A program made the position numbers and the translations under genes. This document shows positions 11,000 through 25,584 of a stretch of DNA of 64,000 bases, piece after piece. How positions within the stretch are numbered: position 1 is the stretch's first letter; every line of letters starts with the position of its first letter. The DNA lies in NCBI RefSeq assembly GCF_016433145.1, contig NC_058134.1:170409731-170473730 (forward strand). Direction: 5' to 3'. The notes beneath the pieces are model-generated. The model was given only the letters and a program-made list of their open reading frames with translations, was not told where the DNA came from and searched no databases. This DNA comes from Gracilinanus agilis. Its lineage: Eukaryota.

Positions 11000-12370
11000 G
11001 TCACACTTCCTCTCTTGACTCTCCTATCTTTCAGCTACCATTCTCCTTTCCTTTTAGGAATGAGTTGTCTACTCTTCATTTCCTTACTTCTTTATAATCA
11101 CTTTCTGCCTCATTAAATTTAGTTTCTATTCTTCCATTATATCTCTTACTTTCTTTCCTTTCTCTCCTCACTCCTATGACCTTAGTTTATTATATCCTTG
11201 TTATCTCTTACCTAGATTATGATAACCTTCAAACTGTTCTTTCTTCATTTATATTTTTCCTAACTTATTCCTTTATACTATTGTAAGATTTTGGTGTAGT
11301 CTTCTTAAAATTCTGAATTATTCTCCTGGTCAAAAATACCTTGGTCAGTGACTCCCTATTAACCTGTAGCATAAAGTCCAGACTCCTTTTCTTGGCCTTG
11401 GAGGCCCTGCACATTCAGTCTCCAATCTACCTTGCCACTCTTATCTTCAGCTATTTCCTCATGAGAACCTTCTCATATATTCAGACAAAGATATACAGAA
11501 TGAGCGCAAATGCAATTGCTATCCTAAGAACACACCTTGCCTTTTTTCACTTACATTTCTGTCCTCAAACTATTTAAACCGGTTAATTCAATAAGCATTC
11601 ATAAGTTTGTCTTTGTTCTAGGTGCTATGTTTAGTTACTGGGAATAAAAACAAAGGAGAAACTGGATATGTCCTCAGAGAGCTTATATTTTATAGGGGAG
11701 ATAGGGCAGCTCCATGTATAAAGTCAATACAAAATAAATATAGTTAAGGTAATGTGAGGAAGGCACATATCTAATATAAAGGGTAGTTTGTTAACAATAG
11801 AATGGGGGTTCCAGAGGAACTGTGGACAGGTAAGTTAGAGTAGGAAGGATAAATGGTAAAGATGAGACTGGAATATATAAGAATGAGAGCAGAGAACAGT
11901 GGCCAAGGATGGGAGCTCTACTCTGGCAATTCACTACATGAAATTAGAGGACTGAATGGAATGAGCTTTTCCTATTAGAATTGTTCATCTGATTTCTTCT
12001 CCTGTCTCCCTGCTTCCACAGTTCTTTCTTATTCCTACCTATGAACATTCATCCTGTTCTTTAGGACCAGCCCAAATATAACACACTTCATAAAGATCTT
12101 AATTACTGTAACTAGAGGTTATTTTTTCCTTCTGAATTCCTATAGCTCTTTTATCATTCTTACAGCACTTGGTTAGGACTACCTTTTGTGGCAATTTTTG
12201 TGAATATATCTTCTTTCCCCAATTAGATTTTAAGCAGCTGGAGGGCAAGAATTCAGGCTTCTCTATCTTTGTGTAAACTTTGTCTTCTGTCCCAGATTGT
12301 TTTGAGTGTCTGGTGTTCTGATACAGTACACATGGTAGACGCTTAAATATCTGTTGGATGAATGAATATA
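11000..12370 (+). mobile_element. L2 fragments (pyrimidine-rich body and 3' tail), interrupted
   Basis: ataaagtccagactccttttcttggcc motif and the L2 tail atggtagacgcttaaatatctgttggatgaatgaat at ~12330-12366. Confidence 0.7.
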
Positions 12371-14606
12371 CTCAGCTCTTAAAGATTCTAGTTATAAATT
12401 CATTCTTATCTTTATACAAAGATAGACTATTGAGATGTCAGAAATTTTAGCTGGATAAATCGAATTATGCTTTATTTAAGAAACCTTTTTGATCATCTTA
12501 AATCAGAGGAGAGATTTGTTGACCTGAGAAATTTGCCCAGAAATGGAACAGATCAAGTAATTTTTATCATGAGGGATATGAAGAATGAAGAATCAGAAAT
12601 GAAAAAGTACATGGCCAGCACTTATTTAGAGTATGGCTATCCATTTTTATAACTCTATGGACTTGTACAGTAGTGCTTAAGATAATACTTACCTGATTTA
12701 TAAATTGATTTCAACATTGTCTGATACAGCATCTGAGGAAGTTTTCTAATTTAACTAGGATAAAGGATATAAAAGGTATACTATAAGATACCTAGAGATG
12801 TCATGATTATAAGCAAAATGTGGTTCACATGGGAATATAGATTTCACACACCTAAGAGAATATAATCATTTTAAAATGAAGTGAAATTACAATAGGATAG
12901 GCATCTTGGTAAAAGGTGATATGGGTCTTTCATGAAGAAAATATAGAAAGTAACATTTGTTGAGGGAGAGATCAATTGATTAGGAATACGAAATAGAAAG
13001 AGATACTAGGCAACTAGAATATGGAGTCCAAATTAGATTTAAATTTAACAGAATGAAGAAGACCATTTTGAAACACTACCTGCTGGTTTCTGACTAGTCA
13101 AAATTCTACAACCTGACAATTTGAAATTTTGCTTCGCCTGTTTATATATTTAATTGGATGCTTATGGTTAGCATGCAGTTTTATATTTTTTTATTCATTA
13201 GAAGTATCTCTTTTCTTCATTTCTTTCCAGAAAACTTTGCTAACAAATCTTTTTTTATTAAGTATTGGCCCAAAGTATAATATATACCTTGTTATAACAT
13301 TAGGCTAGACTAATTTTCAGTTAGAACATGATTTTATTTCAACAAACATTTATCATCTACTTCATTCAGAACACACTGTCTTGAATGAGAGAGTGTTTAG
13401 TAAGACACAATCCTTGTTCTTTTTGGGATTTAAAATCTAAGTTAAGGTTATAACTTCAATCTTCATGTGAGCCTTTTAGCTTTGGACAGAAATGCCCTAT
13501 TCTTTTCCACAGATTACATGTGTTTCCAGTCAGCTGTCTTTAAAGTATGTAATTGGGGGACCAAGAGAATGAATATAAATTCTTTACCTTTACTGTAAAA
13601 AGAGATCAAAGAGTATATTTTTGCTGATGGTCAGGTAATACAAAGATGCATATATTGCATATTAGATTTAAAAATCATAGCTTAAAAAGTAATTATATCA
13701 GATTCTTTTTCAATATTCATAATAATACCTTATAAGAATCTACAAATTGGTTTTCTTAGAATTACTTATTATATTTTTACAAACTCATGGAAATACACTG
13801 GAAGGAATTTTAATTCTAGGGTTTTACAATATTTTATAACTTGAAAACCAGACTTTGCATTTGAAAGGTTAATGTAGAAAACTAATTATACTATCTGGTA
13901 ACCAAATGTGTGATGAGACATTTGTCTCTGTAATTAACAGCAAGGAACTTTTATAGTTTCATAAAATCAAATGCTACATACAGTATTCTGTGTGCATTTG
14001 TTTGGAAGAGGTGTCCAAACAAGAAATGTTTATGGATGATATAAAGTTGTGCTGAAATGTAGTGCAGGTGTCTGTGCATCTTACAGCATTTCTCATTGTT
14101 GAAATGGAAGCCAGAAGATTAATAACTTTACTTTGTCATGATAAAATAAGTAATGTGTTCTTGGAACAGTGGTACAGTACATAAGTTACTCAGTAATTCC
14201 AAGAATTTATTCTGTTCCAGGAATAATATCCTTAACAATTTATTTTTACAGAAAAGTTGATCTAACATAATAGACCATGAAGTTGCTCATATGTTTAATG
14301 GAATTCTATCTCAAATGTGACTTTATACCTCCACATAAAATGTAAAAATAATAAAAATGCAAGGTTAAGGTACAAACTTAAACCTAAAAAGTCAGGAGAT
14401 GCAAAAGTTAAGGTTCTTTTGGTAACATTAACTCATTCATATTGCTCATATATATTGTTTTCTATTACTAGTGAGACTTTAATGGGTAGCTGGGCATATA
14501 TTGTGTGAAATACAAGTGAATAAATGTTGCTATAAGTATGCACTTTTAGAAGTTTTTCACTTAAATTTTAACCTGATTTTTACTTTAACAGCAATATAGC
14601 CTAGTC

Positions 14607-14810
14607 CCACGTTGGTGAACCTATGGTACATGTGCTGGAGAGGGCTCCTTCCTTCCCCCTCTCCACACTCCTGAAGACATTTCTTATATGTCTCACCCTC
14701 TCCCAGTGCGAGTGCTTCCTCTCTCCCCTGTCTGGGGTAAGGCATGGGGCTCACATGTGGCATGAGGGTGCAGTTTGGGCACTCAGTCTCTAAAAGGTTT
14801 GCCATCTCTG
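14607..14810 (+). mobile_element. hAT OC1-like MITE, copy 2, 204 bp
   Basis: Decayed left TIR ccacgttggtgaacct(atgg) and right TIR aggtttgccatctctg. TSD gcctagtc / gcttagtc (7/8). Confidence 0.85.
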
Positions 14811-15419
14811 GCTTAGTCTGTAGAACCCTCAATTAGGAGTTTTATTCCTTTCAGAGATTTGCTCTAATTATCTTGAACCAGGTGTCTGAGTTTTCTCATT
14901 TGTTAGATTGGTGAAATACTACTTGCCTTTCCACTTCTTTGGAGGATTAATTAGAAAATTATGTCGTATACTTTTCTCAGGATAGTGGTATTATATGAAG
15001 GCATGTTTGACCATAAGGAGCAATCTATCTATATTGGAGAAAAGGAAGATTTTCTCTGCAGTCCTTGTAGAAATATGCTGCTTCCTGTATCTCATTGGTA
15101 GTCCTTTTAGTTGTCTTCAGAATATTTTTTTCACCCATGCTTTGATTTTGTCTCTTATGTTGAAGTAATTTCTGGAAAAGACTCCCCTTTACCTCCATTC
15201 CTATAACAAAGAAAGATGATTAATCAAAAACAGTAGAAACACATTTTACATCTGATAGTATATATAACATTCTGCCCTAGTGGTCCCTTGCTCCTTGGCC
15301 ATGCTAAGATGTTTATTTTCTATTCTCTGGGACCAATACTGTCTTTTCAGTTACTAAGAGTTTGGCTTCCTTTTGTGATCTTTTCATTTAAGTTGTTGTC
15401 ATTAAATATTTTATTCCTT

Positions 15420-15650
15420 TGATTTTATTTATTTTACTTTGTGCTGGTTCCTAAAGACCTTTCTGTATTTCTCCAAATTTTTCACATTTGTCCCTTCTTG
15501 CAGCACAATAATGTTCCATTACATTTATACAACCTACTTTTTGTTCAGCTCTTCCCCAACTGACAGGTTCCCACTTTGTTTCCAATTCTTTGCTACTACA
15601 AAGTGCCATTATGCCTTCATGCCCCTTGTGCAATTTTCACTCTAGTTGCT
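15420..15650 (-). mobile_element. L1 3' fragment
   Basis: gcagcacaataatgttccattacatttatacaac...ccaattctttgctactacaaa, the reverse complement of the L1 ORF2 end. Confidence 0.75.
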
Positions 15651-16410
15651 GTCTTACACCTAGTATTTCTAGATTTATTGAAAAAGTAGTCATCTGTCAG
15701 CAATTCCTGATCTGCCCTCATACCCAAAGTCAGTAAAGTTCTTTTAGAATCTTGGAAGAAAGGCATTGTATAAAGAGCAATTACTTTTATCTTTATTATC
15801 TTTAATGTTTATATTGAAGATGGAATTGTTAAATGCATACATATTTAGTTTCCTAGATGTTTTTTACATTCAGCATTAATCAAGTGTCCAGTATGTCAGA
15901 ATTTAATAATAGTCTTCCATATTTTGCCATTAATATCAATTTTTTAAATGAACACTTCATTAAAGAGAGGAGAGTACACCTTTTTGTTACAAGTATTCTG
16001 AAAAAAAAAGTTTTCTGTGCAACCAGTTTAACAGAGAAGTAGATATCAAGTTATATTTAGTTAAATTGTCTGTTACAAACATAAAATTATAAAAATTAAT
16101 CTTTTGTTAAATGAAAACTTATTAAGTACTATAAAAATACTGCAAAGATAGTAGAGGATATACTTAATTCACTTCTATCATTAGTATTTCAGTGCTATCA
16201 ATTGTCAATTCTTTGAAGCCTTTTTCTATGTGTTTCTGTAAGTTCCATTTTTTCTGCCCTTTAAGCACAAACTTTATAGGTTTAAAAGTATTCATATGTT
16301 TTCTATATTGAATGAAATTTATATGGCAATATAAATCTTGTTCATTTTAACAGATAATTATAAATGTGCTAGAGCACTGAAACAGTTCTATATTCCTCTT
16401 AGGAGAATAG

Positions 16411-16557
16411 NNNNNNNNNNNNNNNNNNNNNNNNNNNNNNNNNNNNNNNNNNNNNNNNNNNNNNNNNNNNNNNNNNNNNNNNNNNNNNNNNNNNNNNNNN
16501 NNNNNNNNNNNNNNNNNNNNNNNNNNNNNNNNNNNNNNNNNNNNNNNNNNNNNNNNN
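16411..16557. other. Assembly gap (147 N)
   Basis: Run of N. Confidence 1.
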
Positions 16558-16569
16558 ATTCATCTAGAT

Positions 16570-16960
16570 CAGTGATGGCAAGCCTTTTAGAGAATGGAGT
16601 GGCAGGCCCCACCCCCACACCACACTCCAGATCAAATGCCATACTGCCCCCCCTCCCCCAGAGAACATGTGCCATGTTTCTCCCTCTCACCAAGTGCTGG
16701 ATGTGCCCCGTCCTCCCCTTACCCCACACAAGGAAGGGAGAAAGTGTTCCCATTGGGCTATTGGGCAGAGGGGTAGGTGATGTGAAAAAATGTCATCAGG
16801 CACAGTGGAGAGGGGGAGGGGAACAACTCCACTGAGTCCCTCTGCCTTTCTAGTAACAAACTCTGAGAGCAGTGGGGTGGGGAGGGAGGGTGGCTGAGCG
16901 CCCACAGAGAGCATTCTGCATGCCATCTTTGACACTCATGCCATAGGTTCACCATCACTG
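16570..16960 (-). mobile_element. hAT OC1-like MITE, copy 3, 391 bp
   Basis: TIRs cagtgatggcaagcct ... aggttcaccatcactg. TSD atctagat / acctagat (7/8). Confidence 0.9.
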
Positions 16961-17949
16961 ACCTAGATTGTAAAATATTAGAGATCAGGGACCTTATCTT
17001 ACATTTCTTTGTGTCTTTTGGAACACCTAGTACCATGCTTTGCCTGTAGTTCAGTATTTGTTAAATAAATTAAAGAACTATCCTGGTATTCTCCAAGTCA
17101 TTTAAAGTGGGACTTAAAATAGGAATCATTAAGTACAAATATCACTTAACTACATTTGACTATTTAGCATTTTCTTACTTGTGATTTATTTTCCTGCCAC
17201 CAACAGTGTAACAAGGGCTTCCAACAGGTTCCATTCTTATTTGCCTCTATATATCCCATACCTTATAGTTTTTGAGTCAATCTATCAAGTGACTCACTCC
17301 AGTCCTTTCATTGTCTTTATGTGCCAGGCTAGTACTATTCAGATCCATTCACTACTGAGTTATGAATCCTAGACTCATATGTCACTTGTAAACATGACTG
17401 TTGTGCCTGAGGCTTGCCAGTTGAGACCCTGATAACATCTCTGTGCTAATCTGGATTTGAAGTAAAGGTGCCAGCTGCAGCTATGTTATTTAGAATAGTG
17501 TCTCCCTCATATTCCACATAACTTTTTCTACTCTTATTAGTTAAGCCAAGAAATTCTGGACTCGTGACAAGATCTACTATGAACTCTTTATTCACTTTAC
17601 TGTGATTTTCTTGAAACCTTAATTTTTAAAGATGTAGAGCCCAGTACAATATGCGGAAACCTAATGGAACTTTTCTTAAGAAAAGCCATGACCTGGAGAT
17701 AGATGGGATGGACAGGCATGAAAGAGAATTATATATTAGAGGGTCTGTTTTTCCTTGTAACTCAGCAATATTTTCATCTTCTACTTCTTTAATTCTATTG
17801 AACAAACAACAGGTGCCTTCTGTGTATAGAAAGCAATATCAAATCTTAGGGAAGATACAATCTTTCAATGAGATGTTATCCCTCCTATCATTACTGTTTG
17901 GTAGATATGAACATACAAATACACCTATAGTAATGATCATGATAATAAG

Positions 17950-18155
17950 TGATGTGTATGTGGAGTTTTAAAGTCTCCATAATGCTTTTATGCAATGTCA
18001 TAAGATGCTCATAACAACACAGTGGAGAAGTACCATGTATATTATTATTTTGAAAGTAAGGAAACTGAGGCTTTGAGAGGTTAAATAACTTGCTCATGGT
18101 TACATAGCTAATAAGTGCTAGAAATTGTAAGCAGAAGGTTTCTTGATTCAAAGTG
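17950..18155 (-). mobile_element. MIR-family SINE
   Basis: gaaactgaggctttgagaggttaaataacttgctcatggttacatagcta core. Confidence 0.75.
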
Positions 18156-18957
18156 CCAGGTGATACTGAACAGTCTCTCTAATTATCACTCTAATGGATC
18201 TGTGATATCTCTGAAGTGGGCTCTTTCCAAAAGTATAGTTTATTAACCATCCATATCTTCCATTCTGTGCAACTCTTGTCCATGTCTTCACACAGTTCCA
18301 CCTCAGGGTCCATGCAACATGCTGAGGTTTTTCTTAAAGAAAAAAACTTGCATTATCTATGAAGTGCAATAAAGTAGTGCTCATTAAAACAAGATATGCC
18401 TGTACTTGAGGAAATTTTTTACTTGCCCAGAAAATCAGGATGCTGCCAGATTATACAATCTGTGTGCCAGGCTAAGGATTTGAACTTTATGATCACACCT
18501 TTGCATTGGAAATATTAATCTGGTAGTTGTATTAAGGATTAATAGTAGAGAGAGGAGAATATAACTGAAAAGAAAGGTTGGAAGTTTGTTTCATTGTACC
18601 CATGGGTGTAGGGAGGGTTTGTACTAGGCTGTTGACACTGGGACTGCTTAGAGAGTTGAGATCTGAAAAGAATATTGTGGATGTATAAACAATCCATCTT
18701 AATGAGTTATTAGACATAAGAGGTGAGGGAGAAGGAAAAGTAAACAATAATATATCAGTTTCACATATACAAAAGTGAATGAATCAACAGTGGTTCCACT
18801 AATAGATATTGTGAAATTTTTGAGAGGAAATCTTTAGACCATCTATTTTTATAAGAGAACATGGTAGGTCTTTTTGTATATGAAATATTTTTGGCATGCT
18901 ATCAAAAAGGTACAAAGATAGGAAGGAATATTAGTAGAGAGAATTTTATCTTTATCT

Positions 18958-19210
18958 TTGTTATTCAGTCATTTTTCAGTCATGTCTGACTCTTCTGGAT
19001 CCCATTTGGTGTTATCTTGGCAAAGATACTAAAAGTGATTTGCCATTTCCTTCTCTAGCTCATTTTAACAGATGAAAAACAGAGGCAAACAGGATTAAGT
19101 GATTTGCTCAGGGTCACACAGCTATCAAGTGTTTGAGGCCAGACTCAGGAAGATGTTTTCCTAATTTCAGGCCCAGTGCTACTTACTATTCACTGCACTA
19201 CCTTGCTGCC
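18958..19210 (-). mobile_element. Mar1-type marsupial SINE (MIR core + RTE-derived 3' end)
   Basis: cagtcatgtctgactc...ggcaaagatactaaaagtgatttgccatttccttctc followed by the reverse-complement CORE. Confidence 0.8.
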
Positions 19211-20128
19211 CTTAACTTCACCAGATTGATGTAAAAAGTAATAAGGAATCATTAGGAATTTTGAAGGTGATAGTGATGTGTTAAAAGTTTTCAACAAGTT
19301 TCAAGTGAAAATGACCTCTAAAATATATAAACATAGCTACATGTACTATTGGCACATGTGATTTCTGTAATGATTACATATTATTCTATATACCCCGTTT
19401 AATAAAACAAAGTATCTTTTACAACCACCACAACAAAGAAAGTGTTAACAATAATCACTGGATTAAAGATGTTTGGGCAACCTAGTTATTTCCATCAATT
19501 CCTCTGATTACAAAATTAAGACCCCTTAATATGCCCCCAGTTTTGTGGTAAATGAATTCTTCTGGATCTTCCACCTTTTCTTTAAGTTTCCTTTGTATCT
19601 CTTATCTTCTAACAAAAACTTGGTTTTCTGTTGATGATTATTCTACATGCTCAGGTTGTGTATAGTGGAATTCTTGCCTTTTCCCACTTCCCAGATTAAT
19701 GGATATAGGAGTTGTCATAAGTCCTAATCACCCTCCAAAACTTCCAGACTATTGTTTGACCACCATCACCAAAAATAGATTCTTTTTTTAAAAAGTTATC
19801 ATTAAGCCCGAGAAACATGAACAAACATTTCCTTATTCAAAGAACCAAAAAAAGAGGAATGTATGACTTTTAGGACATCTTTTTAAAAAAATCCAATTTA
19901 ATATAGTTCTAACAGTGCCGTTTGCCTGTGTCCTCTTATGAACTTCCTTCTTTTAATTTATGTATATGATTCAAATATTTCCTTAATTATCTCACTATTA
20001 ATATAATCTTTTGTCTCCCGAAGCATTGGGATAAACTGAGGTGGATGGATGTTATCCACCTAGGGAACTGCCTATAAATACAACAGTCCCCTTTAGTAAA
20101 GTAAGGCAGATTGGGCCTTACCATACTA

Positions 20129-20870
20129 GTGTCAGGACACAAACCAATCTTTCAGACTGCTTGGTCTGACAGTAAATGATTTATTAATTAACAAAGGGTA
20201 AGGAGGGAGGATTTAGGAACAACGATGTATTAATCTCTAAATTCTGTTACTTCCCTCTTTCCTTTATGTCCATTGTTAGATGGAATCTTCAAGATCTTGA
20301 AGTTCCTTATCAGTCCCTGCTTCTGCTGGCTAAGTATTCACAAACCCTCTCTATGCTACCTGACACTAAAATCCTCCATTATCAGTTTATCTGGTTGTTA
20401 ATAGTTTCTCCAAGTTGGATAAGGGTGAACTCAAATTGACTGAGTCCATTCCAGGCTGGACTGGGCCTGAGGCAAATGCCTTAGCCCACACAACAGACTT
20501 TGGAAAACACTTCTTCTCAGTCAGGATTGATATAGTATAGAGAGATCTTCTTTAAGTAGGTTTCTTCTTTGGAAGAGATACTTTCAAAGGAATTTTAAAA
20601 GTTTCCCTTCCCTCACAACAGGCTTGGTTAGATAGGCTTAGCAGTGAGCAGGCTCCTTCCTCTCAGGCTTCAGGACAAAAAGAGAGTGAAGTTGACCATT
20701 GCACCTTCAAAACTCTTCCTCCTTTTCCCCTGCATTCCAGAATCCTCTCTTCAGAGTTCCTAGCATGTGTCTATGCTAGCTTCTGCAAGACAACCTTCAA
20801 CTTCACTTAAACTCACTCTTATTTTTATAATCCTATCTCTACACTCCCCACTATTATCCCTCCCCATTAT
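20129..20870 (-). mobile_element. Probable ERV LTR remnant
   Basis: Starts tgtcagga; minus-strand AATAAA (gatttatt ~20178) and minus-strand TATAAAA (~20822-20828). Compositionally distinct. Not matched to a known family. Confidence 0.4.
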
Positions 20871-20899
20871 CCCCCCCCCCAAAAAAAAGGCCCTGCCTT

Positions 20900-22400
20900 A
20901 TAATAATTAAGTCTAGGCAAGCAATACAAATCCATAGATTGACTATGCCTGCCAATGCCATTCTTCACCTCTATACCATGATTTCTATGCTAAGGGCTAG
21001 GAAGCAAGATTCATCATCAGTCTAGAATCTTATGATTAGTCATTGAACTTGTAAGACTTCTGAAGTTTTTCCACTTATTTTCCTTTACCATATCATGGTC
21101 ATTGCATACATTCTTTCCTAGTTCTGCTTACTTTGCTTTGCTTTACTTTAATCAAGTCCTCCCAAGTTTCTCTGAATCTATACCTTTTCTTATTTCTTAT
21201 GGTACAGTAATATTCCTTTATATTCATATACAATAATTTGTTCAACCATTCCTAAATTGGTAGGTGCTCACTTTGTTCTCAGTTCTTTGCTGCAAAGAAA
21301 AGTTTTATTATAAATATTTTTGTGCCCTCGCTTCTTTTTGGAGAATATACACAATAGTGGTATAGCTGGGTCAAATGGTATGCAGAATTTTCTAACTTTT
21401 GGGTCAGTTCCAAATTGCTTTCCAGAATGGTTAAACTAATTCATAGCTCCATCAATAATTGTTAAATAGTAATTGTTACTGATTTTTAATAAATGAACCT
21501 GGCCTTCCATAGCCTCTCTGTTGTCATCGTATCCATGACCCCATTTGGAGTTTTCTTGGCAAAGGTACTGGATTGGTTTGCCATTTCCTTCTCCTACTCA
21601 TTTTACTGGTAAGGAAACTGAGGCAGACAGGTTAAATGAATTTCCCAGCATCACACAGCTACCAAGTATCTGAGGCTGGATTTGAACTCATGTTTTCTTG
21701 ACTCCAAGCCTATCCACTGAGCCTCTTCAATAGTTGTCATTTTACATTTTTTTGATCCTCTTTGCCCATGGGATAGGGTGAAGTAGAACCTCATCATTGT
21801 TTTAATTTCCATTTCTCTTTTTAAAAGAATGATTTATAGCATTTTCCCTATGGTTGTTAGTATGCATTCTTTTGAGAACTGGCAAATTCTTTGACCATTT
21901 TTATCTGTTGGGAAATGACTTTTGATCTGTTTCCTTTAACAATTTCTTATGTATCTTGGATATCAACCCTTATCAGAGAAATTTACCTTAAAGATTGTTT
22001 CTCAGCTAATATTTCCTTCTAATTCAGACTACATTGATTTTTTTCCCCAAAAGTTTTTCAACTCTATGTAATCAAAATTGTTCATTTTATGACCTTAAAT
22101 CCTTTGTTTGGTTAAGAACTCTTCATCTAGCTTTGTTGTGAAAGGCATCTCCTCTCTTCCTCTAATTTGTTATTGATGTGACCTTATATACATAGATCAT
22201 GCATCCATTTGAAGCTTATTGTGGGTTATGGTATGAAATGTGCATCTAATCCTAAATTTTGCCAGACTGCTCTCTAGTTTCCCCAGAAGTTTGTGTTAGA
22301 TAGTGAGTTCTTTCCCTTGTAGTTGAACTCCTTGGGCTTATTGAACATATTTTTTCTATCTTGTGTACCAAATCAGTTCCACTAATCACATTAACAATTT
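20900..22400 (-). mobile_element. Old L1 fragment with an inserted Mar1 SINE (~21520-21725)
   Basis: Reverse-complement L1 ORF2/3'UTR motifs (gtatagctgggtcaaatggtatg, ccaaattgctttccagaatgg). Mar1 motif gttttcttggcaaaggtactggattggtttgccatttccttctcc. Confidence 0.75.
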
Positions 22401-23029
22401 TTATCACTAATGAATGCTTTTCTCTTTGTCATTTTTATTTGTTAACATCAATAACACTCCCAAATCCTTTTCAGTGACTTTTGAATTTGGTTCACACCCC
22501 CTTTTCTCAGTCACCATCAAGCATTTTTTGAAAGTCTGCTATGTTCCAGGCATTCTGCTTGGAATTGGGGACACAAAGACAAAAATGAAACAGTCCCTAT
22601 TTTCAAGAAGTTGGCATTCTATCAGAGGAGATAAGGTGTATAACCATATAAGCATATGTAAATTAAATAAAGATAATTTTTTGGAATCAGTACTAGCATT
22701 TGGGAGCATTAGGAAAAGTAGGAGGTGGTATTTGAGTTGAGCTTTGAAGGAAGCTAGTGATTTTAAGATGTGCAGATGAGGAGCAGATGTATTCTAGACC
22801 TGTGAAACAACCTGTACACATAGAGAAGTAGAAAGGAGATGTTTGAGGAATAAGAAGAAGGTCATTTTGCCTGGATCATAATGGATATGAAGAAGACTAA
22901 TGTATAATAAACCTTGAAGGGTTGATTGGAATCTACTGTATGAGCCTTTAGTGTCTTTGTTGCCTCCACCCAACTTGGAACTTTTGATATTCAATTTTAG
23001 ATGTATTTTCCAATCTCAGCTGGGCTCTT

Positions 23030-23310
23030 GTTGGGAAGTACTGAGGTGGTGCAGGATAGAACATTGTATCTGAAATCCATAAGTCCTGAATTAAAATTCA
23101 GCCTCAGACTTACTAGTTATGTGATTCACGATTTCAGGAAAAACTTAGTTCAAGTGACCCTGGGCAAGTCACTTAACTTCTGTCTGCCTCAGTTTCCTCA
23201 ACTGGTAAATAGTGATAGTATTAGTATCTACCTTCCCAAGATTATAAGGATAAAATAAGATAATATTTGTAAAGCACTTTTGGCAAAGTGCTTACTACTT
23301 AATAGGTACT
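23030..23310 (+). mobile_element. MIR/SINE cluster
   Basis: gtgaccctgggcaagtcacttaacttctgtctgcctcagtttcctcaactggtaaa core. Confidence 0.75.
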
Positions 23311-24950
23311 TAATGATGCTTCTTTCCTTTAAAAGCCTTTTGTGTCCCCATTATTGGTTCCTCTTTTCACTACTCTGTAGGAACTACTCCATACATTCTC
23401 TTCGGTCCCCAAGGCTCCATCACTTCGACCTCTCTGATTCCTTCTCTTGGTTGAGGACCTTGCTTATTACTTTACTCAGAAAACTGGGGCCTTTTGACTT
23501 GAACTCCCTCTTCCCTTTCCCTTCATCTCAGAACTCCTTGACTTATTCTCCAACTCTTTTTTTTTAACTTTTTGCCCATTCTCTGAAAGGTAGGTGACAC
23601 TTCTTGCTAAAGCCAGCCCTTTCAAATATGTATATTTGGTCCCAGGTTTTGGCATCTTTTCTAACAAATTTTAGTCTCAACCAGCTTTCTATTTAGAACC
23701 TTCCTTCCATCACGGTCTTTTGGTTCCTTCTCTGTTGCTTTCAAGTATGCCTAAGTTTCCATCATCCTTAGGTATTCTGCAAGAGACTATCCATTCCTTT
23801 AAATTATTTTCTTACAATATGTCATTTCTTCCTCTCTCAGTCAGACTTCTTGGTAAAAGTTGTCAATACTTGCTGCTTCCACTTCTTTTCTTCCTCCTGC
23901 TCCATAACCCTTTATAGTCTATTTTCTAATACCATCACTCAACTCGAAACAGCTCTCCATTTCCAAAGATCTCTTACTTTGCTAAATCTGATGGTCTTTT
24001 CTCAGTCTTCATTTTTTCAACTTATCTGTTACATTTAACACTATTGACCACTCTTCTTTTTCATGACAGCATTTTTTTCTTGTTCTTCACTTCTGACCCC
24101 TCTTTTGTCTCCATGGCTGGCTAATCATCTACATTTCACCTCTTTACTGTTAATATACCACAAGATTATGTCCAAGGCCCTCTTCTTTTCTCTCTTTCCA
24201 TATTCCCTCATCAGCTCCCATTGATTGAATCTTTATTTTCTTTGCAGATGACTCCCACATATACATATTTAACCCTGAGCTGTGCCCTCCATCAGTCCAG
24301 CTTCATCAGTTACTCTTGAAAATTTCTAGCTGCATTTCCTGGATATCTCAAACTCACCATGTCCAAAACTGAATTATTATCCTTCCCTCACAAATTCTTC
24401 CCTCTGCCAAACTTCACTATTTCTGTTGAAGGGCACCATCAGCCTTCCATTCTCTCAGGTTGGAAATCTTGGCATTTTCCTCTATCTGTTACTCTCCTGA
24501 ACCACATATATCCAATCTGTTGTCAATTCTTACTGTTTTAGCTTTCACAGCTTCTCACTTCTTTAACCTCTTTACCACTTCTATAGCTACCCCCTTAGAT
24601 AAAGCCTTTGTCACTTTTCTACTATATTATTGCAACAACCCCAAATCTCTCACTATTCTAATCCATCAAACACATAACTGCCAAAGTGAACTCCTTATTC
24701 ACAAACCTGACCATGCTACCTCTCTACTCAGTCAATCCACTGGTCTAGTATAAAATAGAAACATTTCTCTTTAGTTTTTAAAGCTTATCACAACCTGGAC
24801 CTAATCTATTTTTCTAGTGTCATTAATCATTGATCATTCTTCTCCCACACTCTACTAAATTGTCCTCTCTATTCATAAACTACATTCCATCTCTCATCTA
24901 AATAGATTTTCCTTTTTACCTCACATTATCATCTTTTCTTATCCTTCTTT
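23310..24950 (+). mobile_element. L2 LINE fragment (RT/3' region)
   Basis: Long pyrimidine-rich tract with L2 motifs such as ctcaaactcaccatgtccaaaactgaatt and ttcctttgcagatgactccca. Confidence 0.75.
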
Positions 24951-25390
24951 TTCATAGCCAAACTTTTAAAAATATTAACCATACTTTCTGCCCAAGCTTT
25001 CTTATTCATACTTGCTGTGTGGTTATTTTCCTTAACAGTAATGAAACCACTTGCTCAGAGATCATCAGTGAAACCTTAATTGAAAGATACTTTGGGCTAC
25101 ACTCCTCATTCTCTTAACTATACTGCATTTGATACTGGTGACTATTAGTCTTTGCCCCTTTGTTCCTATAGTCATAGTCTGGTAACATAAATAGGATCTT
25201 CTATTATGTAATCATTTGGTACATACCTATTTCTCATGGTCCTTCAAGGGTCAACACCTGCTTGAAGCCTAATTTAAGTTAGTTCATGTTTTCCAGGAGC
25301 CTGTATAACATTAAACTTCACAAATATCTATTATGGATATAAATGTAAGCAGTCATACATTTTAAAAAATGATTGGTGTTGATTCTCTTT

Positions 25391-25584
25391 CTTTTTCTTT
25401 TTTTTTTTTTTAAACCCTTAACTTCTGTGTATTGGCTTATAGGTGGAAGAGTGGTAAGGGTGGGCAATGGGGGTCAAGTGACTTGCCCAGGGTCACACAG
25501 CTGGGAAGTATCTGAGGCCAGATTTGAACCTAGGACCTCCCTTCTGGGCCTGACTCTTAATCCACTGAGCTACCCAGCTGCCCC
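25391..25584 (-). mobile_element. Young didelphid tRNA-derived SINE (SINE1_Mdo-like, subfamily A)
   Basis: Full length: minus-strand ggggcagctgggtagctcagtgg...gaagttaagggttt plus A-tail. TSD tgttgattctcttt at 25377-25390 and 25591-25604. Confidence 0.93.
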
